From: Octopus sinensis
Lineage: Eukaryota
Assembly: GCF_006345805.1 (NCBI RefSeq)
Contig: NC_043014.1
Span: forward strand, 22,010,001-22,074,000
Length of the DNA stretch: 64,000 nt
Direction: 5' to 3'
Of the stretch, positions 39,721 through 52,761 are shown in pieces. Every line of letters starts with the position of its first letter. Positions within the stretch are counted from its first letter, which is position 1. The translations under genes were made by a program, and so were the position numbers. A model generated the notes under the pieces. It made no database searches. It saw nothing but the letters and a program-made list of their open reading frames with translations, and had not been told where the DNA came from.

Positions 39721-40344
39721 TTGTTGTCTAATCGTAAATTTCTTCCATGTTGCTCTTGCGGTTATAATAAATATAAAATACGGTTATAGTGGCATGGTTG
39801 TATTGGCAGTGGTTGATTTAATGCGTTAGTGATGTAATAGTAGATTATAACGTTAGTGGAGCAATCGTAATGGCGGTGATGGTAGTGGTGGTGGTGGTTG
39901 ATGTAGATTAGTGATTGTGATGATGTGGTGGTGTATTTGTAGTGGTGTAGCGTCTGTCTATGCTACAGTATTTGAGATAGTAGTGATGTGTAATATTGAT
40001 TATGGTGCTGTAGTGGTTGTGCTGATAGTGGTGAAGATGTTTGCGTTGTTGTTTCGTTATAGTTATTGGTTAATTGTTTAGCCATAGCTCGACACAAAAC
40101 CTCTTATCAAAGACTTTCCTTCTATGACTTATCCACATTTGTTTTCCAAATATATAGCAGTACACACACACACACGATACTGGATTTTTAGTAGTAAGCT
40201 TGTTATTTGAAGGGAAAGTAACTGCTGGGTGTATACATATAAACATGATGGTGTGCGTGTGTCGAGGTACATAGATATATGTACTCCCATACATACAAAT
40301 AGATATGTATACACATACATACATACATACATACATACATACAT

Positions 40345-40459
<115 letters not shown>

Positions 40460-40527
40460 ATGCTGCTATTAAGTTAGACATGGCCTGGACCAATCTGTGG
40501 TCGAAACATATCTAAGTTTTATCTAAG

Positions 40528-40570
<43 letters not shown>

Positions 40571-40881
40571 TGTATATATATATGTGTGTGTGTGTGTATG
40601 TATGTATGTGTGTATGTATGTATGTATGTATATATATATACGTACATACATACCCACAATCATTTATATATATATTTTTTTATACACAGACAGACTTATA
40701 CGCACATAAATAAAATGTAAATATAAACACAGAACTATTAACCTGTTCACATATACCTTATAACTACATATATCTATATACATACATATATGCAGACATA
40801 CATTTATGTATCTTATTCAAGCTTGTACTCATTCAACAAGCTGTTCCACTATAAAACAGCGCACACGCACATACATACACT

Positions 40882-40936
<55 letters not shown>

Positions 40937-41572
40937 TAATATATTAATATATATATATATATAGTCATTCAAACAAACTCAGACACGTGCCCATTTTACT
41001 ACACGCACACATGTGTACACACAGATACTGCGAAAATATGTATTACCATATATGGAAAGGAGAAGGTCGGGAGAGCCCACGTGTCAGTTGGCACGTGACC
41101 GTGCTTTGTCAGCGCGGTCTCAGCCTCAATAACAAATATAAAAATCAGATGTGCCTTCACGTAGTTTTCCTATTGCAAGATAGAACAGCAGGGTTCCCAG
41201 TTTGAATATTGACTGGAATCCATATAAAGTGTCTGTTCACTATTTGAACTGCTTGTTCATCCATCCATCTCTGTTTAATTCCCTGTCTGACTATGGTAGT
41301 TCTCTATGTCTCGGGTTTTGATTGTTTTTTTGTCCCGGTGTCTGACAGAACGTCTGTCTAACTATCTGTTTGGTTGACTGGTGCTACCTTCCGAATTGTC
41401 AGAGTATCTAATACACAGTTTCTATATCTGCCTGTCGGTCTGTCTGACTGTCTGCTTGCTATATGTCTGTTCGCTGTCTGTTTCAATGTCTTTCGGTCTG
41501 TTGGTTAAAATGAATGGCATTAGAAATGATAGATAAAGAAGCACATAGAGAAAGAGAGCAGATAAACAGAGA

Positions 41573-41638
<66 letters not shown>

Positions 41639-41944
41639 CAGAGACAGACAGACAGACAGAGAGACATATAGACATGTAGAAAAATGGGCAGAAATGTAGA
41701 AAGATAGATAGATAGATATTTTTGTTGTGACTGACATTTTACAGTCCTCTTTAGTACGCATACTCTGAACAGTTACATATTATTACCTACTCAACAACTT
41801 CAGCCCATCTTAATGTAATATAAATAGATATTATATGTATATTCACAGCTTACCTTTGTACTCTATCTATCCAATTGTTACCGAGAGAAGCATACTCCGC
41901 TTGTCTATCAATAGTTACCACATTTAAATTATACAACTATATAC

Positions 41945-42183
41945 TATCTATTTCTATCTATTTACACCCCCGCCCTCCCCCGCTCTCTGAATATATATAT
42001 ATATATATCGATTTTTTTCCTCCGTCTTCCCTTCTTTGGATCTTTCCTTTTCCTATGTTTCTGACGAAGAGCTCCGCTCGAAACGTTCTTCTCCTTCTTT
42101 CCTGAGCGTCCAATAATACTATACTTGTTCCACTCCCTCGCGTTGTTGTGTTTTCTCTTTGTGTTTTCATGTTTGGATTTAAG
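41945..42183 (+). mobile_element. Internally deleted copy of the hammerhead-bearing repeat at 44977-46775
   Basis: Shares CTATTTCTATCTATTTACACCCC and CGATTTTTTTCCTCCGTCTTC..GTTTGGATT with that element. Confidence 0.75.
42057..42087 (+). ncRNA. Minimal hammerhead core
   Basis: GTTT-CTGACGA-A-GAGC(TCC)GCTC-GAAA-CG-TT. The stem I 3' strand is missing here but present (AAAC) in the 46655 copy. Confidence 0.65.
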
Positions 42184-42207
42184 TATTATATATATATATA
42201 TTATATA

Positions 42208-42237
<30 letters not shown>

Positions 42238-42238
<1 letters not shown>

Positions 42239-43572
42239 ATACTTTTTTCGTCTGGCGTTAACAGCCCTTCTTATCTTGTTCTCCTTGTCTTGTCTCTCAC
42301 TGTTATATATTTATTTTTCCACTGTTTATATATATTTTTTACTGTTTATATGTTTGTACTGTCGTTACCGTCTTGCTTTTTTTTACCCCTCTGCGAAAAG
42401 ATCTCAGAATTTTAATTGATTTGCTTTTCGCGGGAAGGAAGTTTTCTTCGAAGTATACGTCTCGCTTTTATCCTTCGAAACGTTTAGTAGATGAACCTTA
42501 GCGACTGAAGAAGGGGATTTTTCGTTGTGCTTATTGTCCTGTATCTCTCTTTTTTTTGCTTGTCTTGTTCCTTGGTTTGTGTCTATGTGTTTCGTCTCTC
42601 TATGTGTTCGACGTCTTTTTGGTGTCCTGTACACATATATGCGTGTATTGTACATGTAGAGGTAGGTACGTACATATATGTTTATATATATGCATATGTT
42701 CTATTTTATTAACATATTATACGACTAAACGCACGCACCCTAATAAGTAAGATTGTTCTGTTATCAAGTTAGCCTTGATATTAACTCTCACGCGACTCTG
42801 CATCTTTCTTTCTTTCTCTCCCATTCCCTTTTTCGTCTTTTTTTTTTTCCCTCACTTACTTGTCTCTTCCTCTCTCTCTCTTCTTCATTCTCTCTCTCCC
42901 TTTCACCATTCTTCATGGTCTCCTCGCACCATTCCCCTTCTTCTCTCTCTTCCTCTTGCTCCTCCTCCCCCATTCCCTCGTCCATCTGCGACGATACTTC
43001 CGTCGTAACTGCTATCCTGTCTTTTCTCTTCTCGCCCGCCTTGTAAGGCTACTGGTCGACATATTTTCTCTCTCTCGTCGTCCACGATAATCCAGCGTTT
43101 GCAATACTTTTTCGTCTGGCGTTAACAGCCCTTCTTATCTTGTTCTCCTTGTCCTGTCTCTCACTGTTATATATTTATTTTCCACTGTTTATATATATAT
43201 TTTTTACTGTTTATATGTTTGTACTGTCGTTACCGTCTTGCTTTTTTTTACCCCTCTGCGAAAAGATCTCAGAATTTTAATTGATTTGCTTTTCGCGGGA
43301 AGGAAGTTTTCTTCGAAGTATACGTCTCGCTTTTATCCTTCGAAACGTTTAGTAGATGAAACCTTAGCGACTGAAGAAGGGGATTTTCGTTGTGCTTATT
43401 GTCTTGTATCTCTCTTTTTTTGCTTGTCTTGTTCCTTGGTTTGTCTATGTGTTTTCGTCTCTCTATGTGTTCGACGTCTTTTTGGTGTCCTGTACACATA
43501 TACGTGTATATGTACATGTAGAGGTAGGTACGTACATATATGTTTATATATATGCATATGTTCTATTTTATT

Positions 43573-43578
<6 letters not shown>
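42238..43578 (+). mobile_element. Insertion with ~475-bp direct terminal repeats (42238-42716; 43103-43578), PLE pseudo-LTR-like
   Basis: Near-identical direct repeats around a ~385-bp CT-rich spacer, flanked by (TA)n; no TG..CA ends, PBS or PPT seen. Confidence 0.7.
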
Positions 43579-43610
<32 letters not shown>

Positions 43611-43657
43611 TATATGTATCAATGAAATAAAATTAAAAACAGGACACAAAGGATGTC

Positions 43658-43750
43658 GCGGTACACATGTTTCGAGCTTTATAAAACAACTTATTCTTAT
43701 ATCAATGTATAATCGACATAACAGATAGTTTAAAAGCCCTCTTCAGTCGC
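43658..43750 (-). ncRNA. Type I hammerhead ribozyme motif
   Basis: Minus strand: GCGA-CTGAAGA-GGGCTTT..AAAGCTC-GAAA-C(ATGT)G-TA-CCGC; 7-bp stem II; stem I has one mismatch next to the core. Confidence 0.7.
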
Positions 43751-44049
43751 ATGCAATTGCTACACCAAAGACTTGTATCACATTATGAAAGGTTTGAGAA
43801 AGAACATTTAGTATTATTTATAATGTTAGGTAAACTGAGTATCACTGGGAAAGTATGTTTGTAAATCTTCATAATCAAATAGGCGTACAGGGTATTATTG
43901 AACTCTAAAATTCCGTCCATACCGTTTTCTCACTCAATATATATATGAATAAATAAATAAATGGAGTTGAATGAAGATGTTAATAAAATTCCTTTACTTT
44001 CGACATATGTTTCGAAGAAAATATTCGAAGACAACATTTCGAAGACAAC

Positions 44050-44165
44050 ATTCCAAAGGAATAAACGGTGTAAGATGCAATTATTATATTGTCTTGTTGT
44101 TGAGAGAGGCTCCCTTTCTTTCCCGATGAGAAGATTGCATCTTACACCGTTTATTCCTTTGGAAT
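44050..44165. repeat. Perfect 32-bp inverted repeat with a 52-bp spacer
   Basis: ATTCCAAAGGAATAAACGGTGTAAGATGCAAT (44050-44081) and its exact reverse complement (44134-44165). Confidence 0.95.
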
Positions 44166-44231
44166 AAAACCACCTACACCACCAAACGGTATATACAGGT
44201 GCTTACAATTATCAAGTACTCACCCTGAATT

Positions 44232-44321
<90 letters not shown>

Positions 44322-44469
44322 CATTCCCTTTTTTCTCTCCCTTTCTCTTGCTCCTCCTCCTCCTTCCCGTCGTTGACCCGCGACGGAGAGCTCTGCTACT
44401 GTCTTTCTGGCCTGACTTCCTTGAAGTGTGGACGGCATTTTCTGTTGCTCCTTCGCCGTTCTCAAAAAT

Positions 44470-44945
44470 AGCGTTCGTAATACTTTTTCTCGTTCGGCTT
44501 AACAGCCCTTCTTGTCTTGTTATTCTCCTTGTCCTGTCTTTTACTGTTTATATTTTGTACTGTCGTTACAGTCCTGTTTTTGTTACCATTTTTACCCCTC
44601 CGCAAAAAGATCTCAAATTTTATTTAATTTGCTTTTCGCGGGAAGGAAAGTTTCTATCGAGGATGCGTATCGCCTTCACCTTCGAAACGCAGAGTAGATG
44701 AAACCATGGCGACTGAAGAAGGGGAATTTTCCTTGTGTTATTTGTCCTGTACTCTATTTTAAAAATTTTGTTGTTGTTTAAGAAAAATGTCCAGTTCCTT
44801 GGTTTTGTGTTTATGTTTTCGTTTCTCATTGTGTTCAACGTTTTTTTTGGTGTCCTGTACCCATATATGCGTGTATATATATATATATGTAGAGGTAGGT
44901 ACGTACATATATGTATGTATATATGCATATGTTTTATTTATTAAT
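44470..44945 (+). mobile_element. Diverged third copy of the 42238/43103 repeat
   Basis: TAACAGCCCTTCTT, TTTGCTTTTCGCGGGAAGGAA, GCGACTGAAGAAGGGGA, GTAGAGGTAGGTACGTAC. Confidence 0.8.
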
Positions 44946-44976
44946 TTATATATATATATGTATATATATGTATATA

Positions 44977-46775
44977 TCTATTTCTATCTATTTACACCCC
45001 GCTCTCCCTCACGGACTTAACACAGCTCTCTCCTCTTAGTGACTGCCTCTACATCTCCCGCAACAAGCAAGTTTATTTCTTCTTTCTTCTCTTCTCTTTT
45101 TTTCATTTTCTTTCCTTACGTGCAATTACGTCTTTTATATTGGATCAACTTCCTTTCATTTTATTGTTTTTATAAATTATTGTTTTTATACACGAACACA
45201 TGCACACACATACTCACGTATCCACGAACACGCACATACCTCCCACACACCACACACATACAGTATACATACATGCACATATACGGACACATACTTCCAC
45301 ACACATACACGCATACATACACATATACACCCACCCAACTCCACGCACACAGACACACATACCTTTAGACATACACACATAAACGTATACACAACCACAT
45401 ACACGCACATACTCAAGCACACGCGCGTACACACAATAAAATGAACACAACCTGACACACATCTCCACATTCACACACACATATACACACGCACGCACAT
45501 ACACACATGCACACACGCACATACACATACACGCACATACATACGCACATAATACACGCACACACACATATACACACATACACCAGCACAGATGCCCACA
45601 TATACCTCCAACAAACAGTACTCATACAGATACGCACACAATTATACACACATGAGCACAGGCACACACGCACATACACGCACGTAAGCGCACGCACACA
45701 AGCACACGCATGCACATTACGCCTACACAACTCCAAACCCCCCACACACACACGCATACACAAATTCACATACACACCTATACATATACATACACACAAT
45801 ATATGCCTACACGCGCACACACACATACACATACGTATACACATATTGACACAGACACACACACACACGCACACAAAAACATGTGCACACATACGCACGC
45901 ACACGAATGCACACACCCAACACTCACAACCCCACGGATACACGTATATACACCCGCATACGCTTACACACACATACACACGCACACATACACGCACACA
46001 CAACTACACGCACGCACATACACACACACACACACACACACAAATGAACCCACACATACATCCCATACACACAGCACACAATTTTACATACACGCACACA
46101 ATTATATATACATGTGTACACACATACGTACGTACAAGCACACACGCACACATACACAAAGTAAAGCACAGTTATCCGCCACACACACAAACTCTACGCA
46201 TACACACACGAACACACACATACATACACACACACTACAAACAAAACACACACACAATACATATACATACACGCACACACATATACTTCAAACTAGCAGT
46301 ACCTCTCACTGACCATGGGCAGACACAAGAGCCACTCCTAATTCCTTCTCCCTTGACCTTAGACAGTACTAAGCACTACCACACACATAGATTAACAGCC
46401 ACAACCACACACACTCACGCACTCACACACACGTGTTATCATTGCACACATACACACATGCACACACACACACGCAGACATTCGCGCACGCACATATCCA
46501 CACTTACACACACATACCTCCTCTTGCACTCTTCTGTCTTTGAAAGAACTTTTCTTCACCCATTTCCTTCCGGTCATTCAAAATGTGACCGCGTGTGTAC
46601 CGTTGGCGATTTTTTTCCTCCGTCTTCTCTTCTCTGGATCTTTCCTTTTCCTATGTTTCTGACGAAGAGCTCCGCTTGAAAAGTTAAACCCTCCTTCCCT
46701 TCCTTCCTGAGCGTCCAATAGTACTATATTTGTTCCACGTCCTCGCGTTGTTGTGTTTTCATGTTTGGATTAACT
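44977..46775 (+). mobile_element. Non-coding repeat with a ~1.1-kb degenerate CA-rich interior and a 3' hammerhead motif (probable PLE-derived)
   Basis: Ends shared with 41945-42183; hammerhead-like motif at 46655-46689 (GTTT-CTGACGA-A-GAGC(TCC)GCTT-GAAA-AG-TT-AAAC). Confidence 0.6.
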
Positions 46776-47079
46776 TTATATATATATATTTATATATGCG
46801 TGGCTTTGTGGCTTCTCAACCACATGGTTCCGGGCTCAGTTTCACCCTTTATTATTGATAATTGTATTTCTTCCCAGTAAAAAACTGTAGCATCTTATTT
46901 TGGCAACACGCTGGCGGAAGGGGGACGGTGACCGACTTTCATTCACCCTTTGAATTTGGCTGTACTGGCAAGAATTACGCTCGCTCTGATACCATGAGTT
47001 GAGGTGATGTCTTCTAGTGCCTTCAAATTTAATACACAATTATTAATAATTGAGATGCAATTATTTATAATTGAAGAGT

Positions 47080-47170
47080 CCTACGCTGAGGAGGAAAATA
47101 GTCAGGTAAGACATAATTATTTAATTTTTATGCTCTGCAATGACTTAATTCCGAAACGTACGTCCGTAGG
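47080..47170 (+). ncRNA. Intact type I hammerhead ribozyme (predicted cleavage after GUC at 47164)
   Basis: CCTACG-CTGAGGA-GGAA..AGTCA....TGACT..TTCC-GAAA-C(GTAC)G-TC-CGTAGG: perfect 6-bp stem I, canonical core, extended stem II, palindromic short stem III. Confidence 0.9.
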
Positions 47171-48176
47171 TAACTTAATATAGAATTATTGTATAGAATT
47201 ATTGTATCATGTGCGTAAGTGGATTAAATTTATGGGGGAAGCATTCATGATATCAGCGGAGCGGCAAATATTTACAAGACAAGTGTCGTCTCCTGGATCT
47301 CTGATACATAGATATGTTCGCTTTCGTTATTCAAGAACAGGTGATTGTTAAATATTTGATCAATAAAAGAGACACATGACCACGCTGTGATAAAAAATAC
47401 TGATTTCCTCAAACCAGTAACCGCACCAAAATGTTCACAATGTACAACCTTCCCACGAAGCATGTCGTTATTGCCAAAACTATTCAAGATTCTGTACGTG
47501 GGAAGAATTGCCCTGACGACCATACCAAAAGCACACCAGAACCAGATTGTATACATACCTTTAAAAATGACGAATACTGATGGGATACTAAAAAACAAAA
47601 AAAAAAAACAAAACAGCAGTCTGGTGCGAACACAAAAGACCCGGTAGTGTTCATTGGGTCAGGGAGCAAAAGTCATGTGCTTTTGTAATAGTCAGTCGCC
47701 AAACAAATGTGAAAGCCTCATCTAAATTTACAGTAAAGAAGAACATTTATGGTGAACTCATGTAGAACTTACAGCTCTGGTGTCTTGGCTTTACAATTTC
47801 ACGTGTATTTGTTATCGTATATGTCCTGGACTTGTAATAACGCACATAAAAGTCTTGAAAATATTGGAAATTTTCAAGAAAGAAGAAAACGAACTGACTT
47901 GGATCCTCGGAATTTATTCGATTTGTGGTACAATGAAGATTTATAAACTGTTATAAAGAGTTTCCTAGAATGAACTTATACACTACATCACATATGCACA
48001 TACGTAAATACATACATACATACATACATACATATGCTTACACTTGCGTACTAATGCGACATGTACTTTCATGACTGCGCGTACATTCATACAAGAATTC
48101 ATACTTACATATTCAGAGATTTCTGGAACTGTGATCGGCTTGTATTCTGCAATTAAGAACTTAAATAAAATATCCA

Positions 48177-48505
48177 TAGGCGTGGTTGTGTGGTAAGAAG
48201 TTTGCTTCCCAACCACATGGTTCTGGATTCAGTCTTCTACTATAGCCTTGGGTTGACCAAAGCCTTGTGAGTGGATTTGGAAGACGGAAACTGAAAGAAG
48301 CACGTCCTATATGTGTGTGTGTCTTTGTGTCCGTGTTTGTCCTGCCTCACTATCACTTGACAACCGATGTTGGTGTGTTTATGCCCCCGTAATCTAGCAT
48401 TACGGCAAAAGCTCTGAGGTCGATTTCTTCGACTAAAACCCCTTTAAGGTGGTACTCCAGCATGGCCACAGTCAAATGATTGAAACGTGTAAAAGAATAA
48501 AAGAA
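48177..48505 (+). mobile_element. SINE family B, internally deleted
   Basis: Homologous to 61711-62164. Confidence 0.85.
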
Positions 48506-49185
48506 TACATTTATACGTGCATATATACTCTTATCTACAAATATATTTCTAACATATGCGTATTGACTCAGATTAACCGTTCAAACAAGTACTTACTTAG
48601 AGCACCCAAGAGCACCACGGAATTTCTCCAAAGTTGCAAATGATAAATAAGTTTTGGCTTTAGTGAATAATAAAAACAAAACAAAACGTTGAAAATTCTG
48701 TTTTACTTATTGTTTACTTCTATATTTTGTTAGATGAATGAAATCTTAAAATTTGTGGAGAGTGAAGTGCAGCTGGATATTTAATCACATTCTGTACATA
48801 TGTCTTAATGTATTGCCATTTCGACAATGAAAGGGTCAACCGCATCACCATTGTTGCATTGTACTCAGGGCAAGAGTTGGCCTTAATCCAGTCCCACATG
48901 CATGCATACATACATACATAGAAATGTAAACAAGTCTGATATAGTTGTACAGTCAGAGGGATCAGTTACCTTGCAGATGTGACCATCTAATGAGAAGGAA
49001 TATATTTATGGAGAGCTGCTTCAAAATCTGAAGCTTCTCGAACTTGATAATAAATTCACATTTATAACGATAAATATTGGTGCATTTGGGTATGTTAATA
49101 AATGTTTAAGGATCGAACTCGAAAAACGAGTTTTCTGGGTAAGAAAGTGACCAGCTAGCATGCAGTTTACAAATACAAATACTCA

Positions 49186-49805
49186 TCTCGCCCACACAAA
49201 CCCCCCTTTTCGGCTACGGGGAATGCGAAATTGCAAAAACAAAATTGGCAAAAATCGACATTTTTAAATTACCAGCCCCGCCCCATTTCCTTCATTTTAA
49301 ACTTTTTTCACAATTTTTTTTTAAATATGTGGGAAAATACAGAGATTATGATTCCGAAAAAAAGTTTCCAAAAGTCTTTGTAACATTTTTTTTAAGAATT
49401 TCTTTTTCCTAAATATGTGGAAAAATACGGGCATCATGATTCGACCAAATATTTCAAAATATTTCTGTACATACGGTTAGGGTTTTAGAGTTAGGGTTAG
49501 GGTTTTAGGGTTTTAGGGTTAGGGTTTTAGGGTTTTAGGGTTAGGGCTTTAGGGTTAGAGTTAGGGTTTTAGGGTTAGAGTTAGGGTTTAAGGGTTTAAG
49601 GGATAGGGTTAGGGTTAGGGCTTTAGGGTTAGCGTTGGGGAAAAAAGGCAAAATTGAAGAAGTGGTGGGAGAGTGGGGGGGATTTCACAATGCCGATTTT
49701 TGGCAATTTTCCGGAACCTCCGTGTCCGAAAACGGAGATTTTGGGCAAAAAAATTTACAAAAATAAACAAATTTGGGAGAAAATGGGGTGGAGGATGGGC
49801 GGAAG
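49186..49805. mobile_element. Non-autonomous DNA element with imperfect inverted ends and an internal telomere-like array
   Basis: AAAATTGGCAAAAATCGACATT (~49240) is inverted relative to AATGCCGATTTTTGGCAATTTT (~49690); degenerate TTAGGG/TTTTAGGG array at ~49474-49635. Confidence 0.55.
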
Positions 49806-51403
49806 TCTTTCCAATACATTTTGCAAGCAGAACGGCAAGATCTTTCTAAGCTCATCATGTAACACATGTCGCTTTTGTTATCCAAATTCTAGCGATGGCA
49901 CCTTCTGCATGCAGTTAGTTTTGTAGTACTTGATGATACCATAATATTTTTACATACTTATGAATAGCTCGACATGAACAGTTCGACTGAGCTATTCATG
50001 TTAGTGTGTAAAGGTGGTGTACTCAATTCCTTATACGTTGTCTTCTGTGTAAGGTTTGAGAATGTTGTAATGTGGTGTATGGTTTGACAGAAGACGACGA
50101 CGGTGATGATGATAAGTTGATTGGCTAGTTGGCTCTTTGGGTTTGCTAGCGTAGCGGTGGTTCGAAACTAAACCGCTAGGTAGCCGGTTAGACACACGAC
50201 CAAACCACAATTGTTTCACGTGATTGGTTTTTTAATGAGCATCAAACCATCGCATAATTCAATCTTTTTCTTGAACCCTATAAAAAGCCGCTTTGGCTCT
50301 AAACCTATTGCAGACTGTTGAGGCAGTCGAGTGACATGTGTCTCCATTCTTGCCACACCAGATGGTGCACTCAGACAGATGACCAAGAACCTCCGTCACC
50401 ACCAAGATTGTTTTTGTAAAGGCCAATGCTGTCTGTCTTTATGTGCGACAATAAATTCTGTTAAATGTTCGCGGGTGTTGTCCAGTTACTTCTTCACGCA
50501 GCCAAAAACATCCTTATTCACCAACTCAACAATTACAAGTCAAAAGCAACCCGACATTGCTAAGAAAAGATATGTTAAATTAGGTATGAGCTATTTGTAG
50601 TGTCTCGAACGCCTTAGCTTTTAGATAGTGGCTTTACTCTTAGAACTGAAAACGGATTCTAACTTAGAACTGAAAACGGATTCTAACTTAAAACATTATT
50701 TTCTCCACAAGGTAGAACGTAGATGTCAAAACATTAAGTCAGATAAATGTGTAATGATCACAATTTGAAAGTCGATCAAACGATGTGTGATGCTTAATGT
50801 GTGAGGTAGTATGTGGTGTGGTGATATAGTGGGTCTACATAATTTGAGCAGACTTATAGTCAAAAACGTTTCAACCATCACCATTTTGCTTATTTTTTTC
50901 TCAGACATTCTGTCTAGGACCGCGTTGTTTATTTCTTTCATTTTCAGATACTTGGCTGTTATAAGAGGCAGATTGAGTTGCAGTTTCTAGCAAACCGAAT
51001 GATTTTCCCTCGTTCTTTTATTGTATGTTATTGTTTAGCTTCAGGTTAATGATGATCAAAGGCATTCCAGCCATCCTGTTATTTCATGGGTATATAGTAT
51101 ATATTATCCAATGTGTCCTTTCCATATTTAAGACAGTGGGGGTGAGATTTGCCAATAATTTGTCACAGTTGAAGCGATCAGTAAGAGACCTTCGTCTTTG
51201 GCTCGTTATGTCGTGTGCAGCGTATAATATGGTATTTTTTCATATATGTTTCATGTATTTTTCTTGTAAATACCAAGTTTTAAACATCTCATATCCCAAA
51301 CAGTGTCAGAGTTAATCTCAGTACTTCATCTATATTTTGTATTTTCTTCATATTTGCCAGTTCGAACACACATACGATGAATGCACACACATACACATAT
51401 ATG

Positions 51404-51478
<75 letters not shown>

Positions 51479-51499
51479 GCTTAGTAAAATAAATTACTT

Positions 51500-51571
<72 letters not shown>

Positions 51572-52106
51572 TATTCTTACCTACATTTGGGTGATAGTAT
51601 CTATGTGTGTATATGCGATTATTTATGTATGTATGACTAAACATGCATCAGATGAATGAAGGCAGTAATAAGTGAGAAAGCGAGAGAAAGAGAAAAGGAA
51701 GGAGAGAGAGCAAGAGAAAGAGAAAGAGAAGGAAAGAGAGAGAGAAAGAGAAAGGGAAAGAGAAAGAAAGAGACAGAGCGATAGGGAGAGAGGAAGAAGA
51801 ATGTTGTCTGTTTCAGTGCAATGGCAGCCGACGCTTTAAACAACGGTTATTGTATAACAGCATTTGTTACACTTATCGCTGCAACATACACTATAATAAA
51901 ACTGTCACACTACAGTTCATGGATGCCAGCACATTTCTCAATGAATTTCTCAGCGACTTTTATATTTATCCAGCCCATTCATTGATATATCGATCATCAC
52001 CCCTCCAATCATATGATTGATTGGAAACTACGTATTTTACAATACACACACACACACGCACACACACACATACAAACATACATACATACATACATACATA
52101 CATACA

Positions 52107-52137
<31 letters not shown>

Positions 52138-52227
52138 GGTATATACATGTAACCAGATCATAACATTTTTTTACATTCATTTTCATGCATTGTTTACTAT
52201 TACCAACAAACATACATATTACACACA

Positions 52228-52262
<35 letters not shown>

Positions 52263-52761
52263 CCATACACACACACCCATACACACACACCCATACACAC
52301 ACACCCATACACACACACATATATATAATATATATTATATAATATATATACGTATATACATACACGCACACACACACACACACACACACACGCATATACA
52401 CACACACGTGCTGAAAACTGCACGTTTTTTCAAGATACCAATGGATCTTGCACCAGTTTCGACGATGATTGTTGTCGTTGTTGGTTCTTTGGAACTAGTT
52501 ACTCATTGAGTTAATTGAAAGTGCATGAGTATTCCGCAGCAGACACTTGTACGCTTAGCATAACTCTCAAGTAGAATGAGCATGAAATTGTAATGAAGTT
52601 GTTTTATTTTATTTTTAATTAGTTTTAATTGAATGAACGATCGTATTTCTGCTCACCCTACATTTCACACAAAGCTTGGATAGATATATGTTAGAAATAT
52701 TTTCTTAGGTACCGCGCAGCAGGGTGAAGCGAGGACCATATGATTGATTATACGGTATATT

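Noticed and set aside
42470-42520. Type II hammerhead from CCTTC-GAAACG..GCGA-CTGAAGA-AGGGGA
   Set aside because: Could not form stems I and III between the half sites, so it is not called as a ribozyme.
45507-46679. 390-aa His/Thr-rich ORF
   Set aside because: Degenerate CA-repeat interior of a non-coding repeat.
49474-49635. True telomere or chromosome-fusion site
   Set aside because: Short, degenerate, single orientation, internal, and flanked by element-like inverted sequence.
50640-50691. 24-bp tandem duplication TTAGAACTGAAAACGGATTCTAAC
   Set aside because: Ordinary slippage duplication with no further structure.
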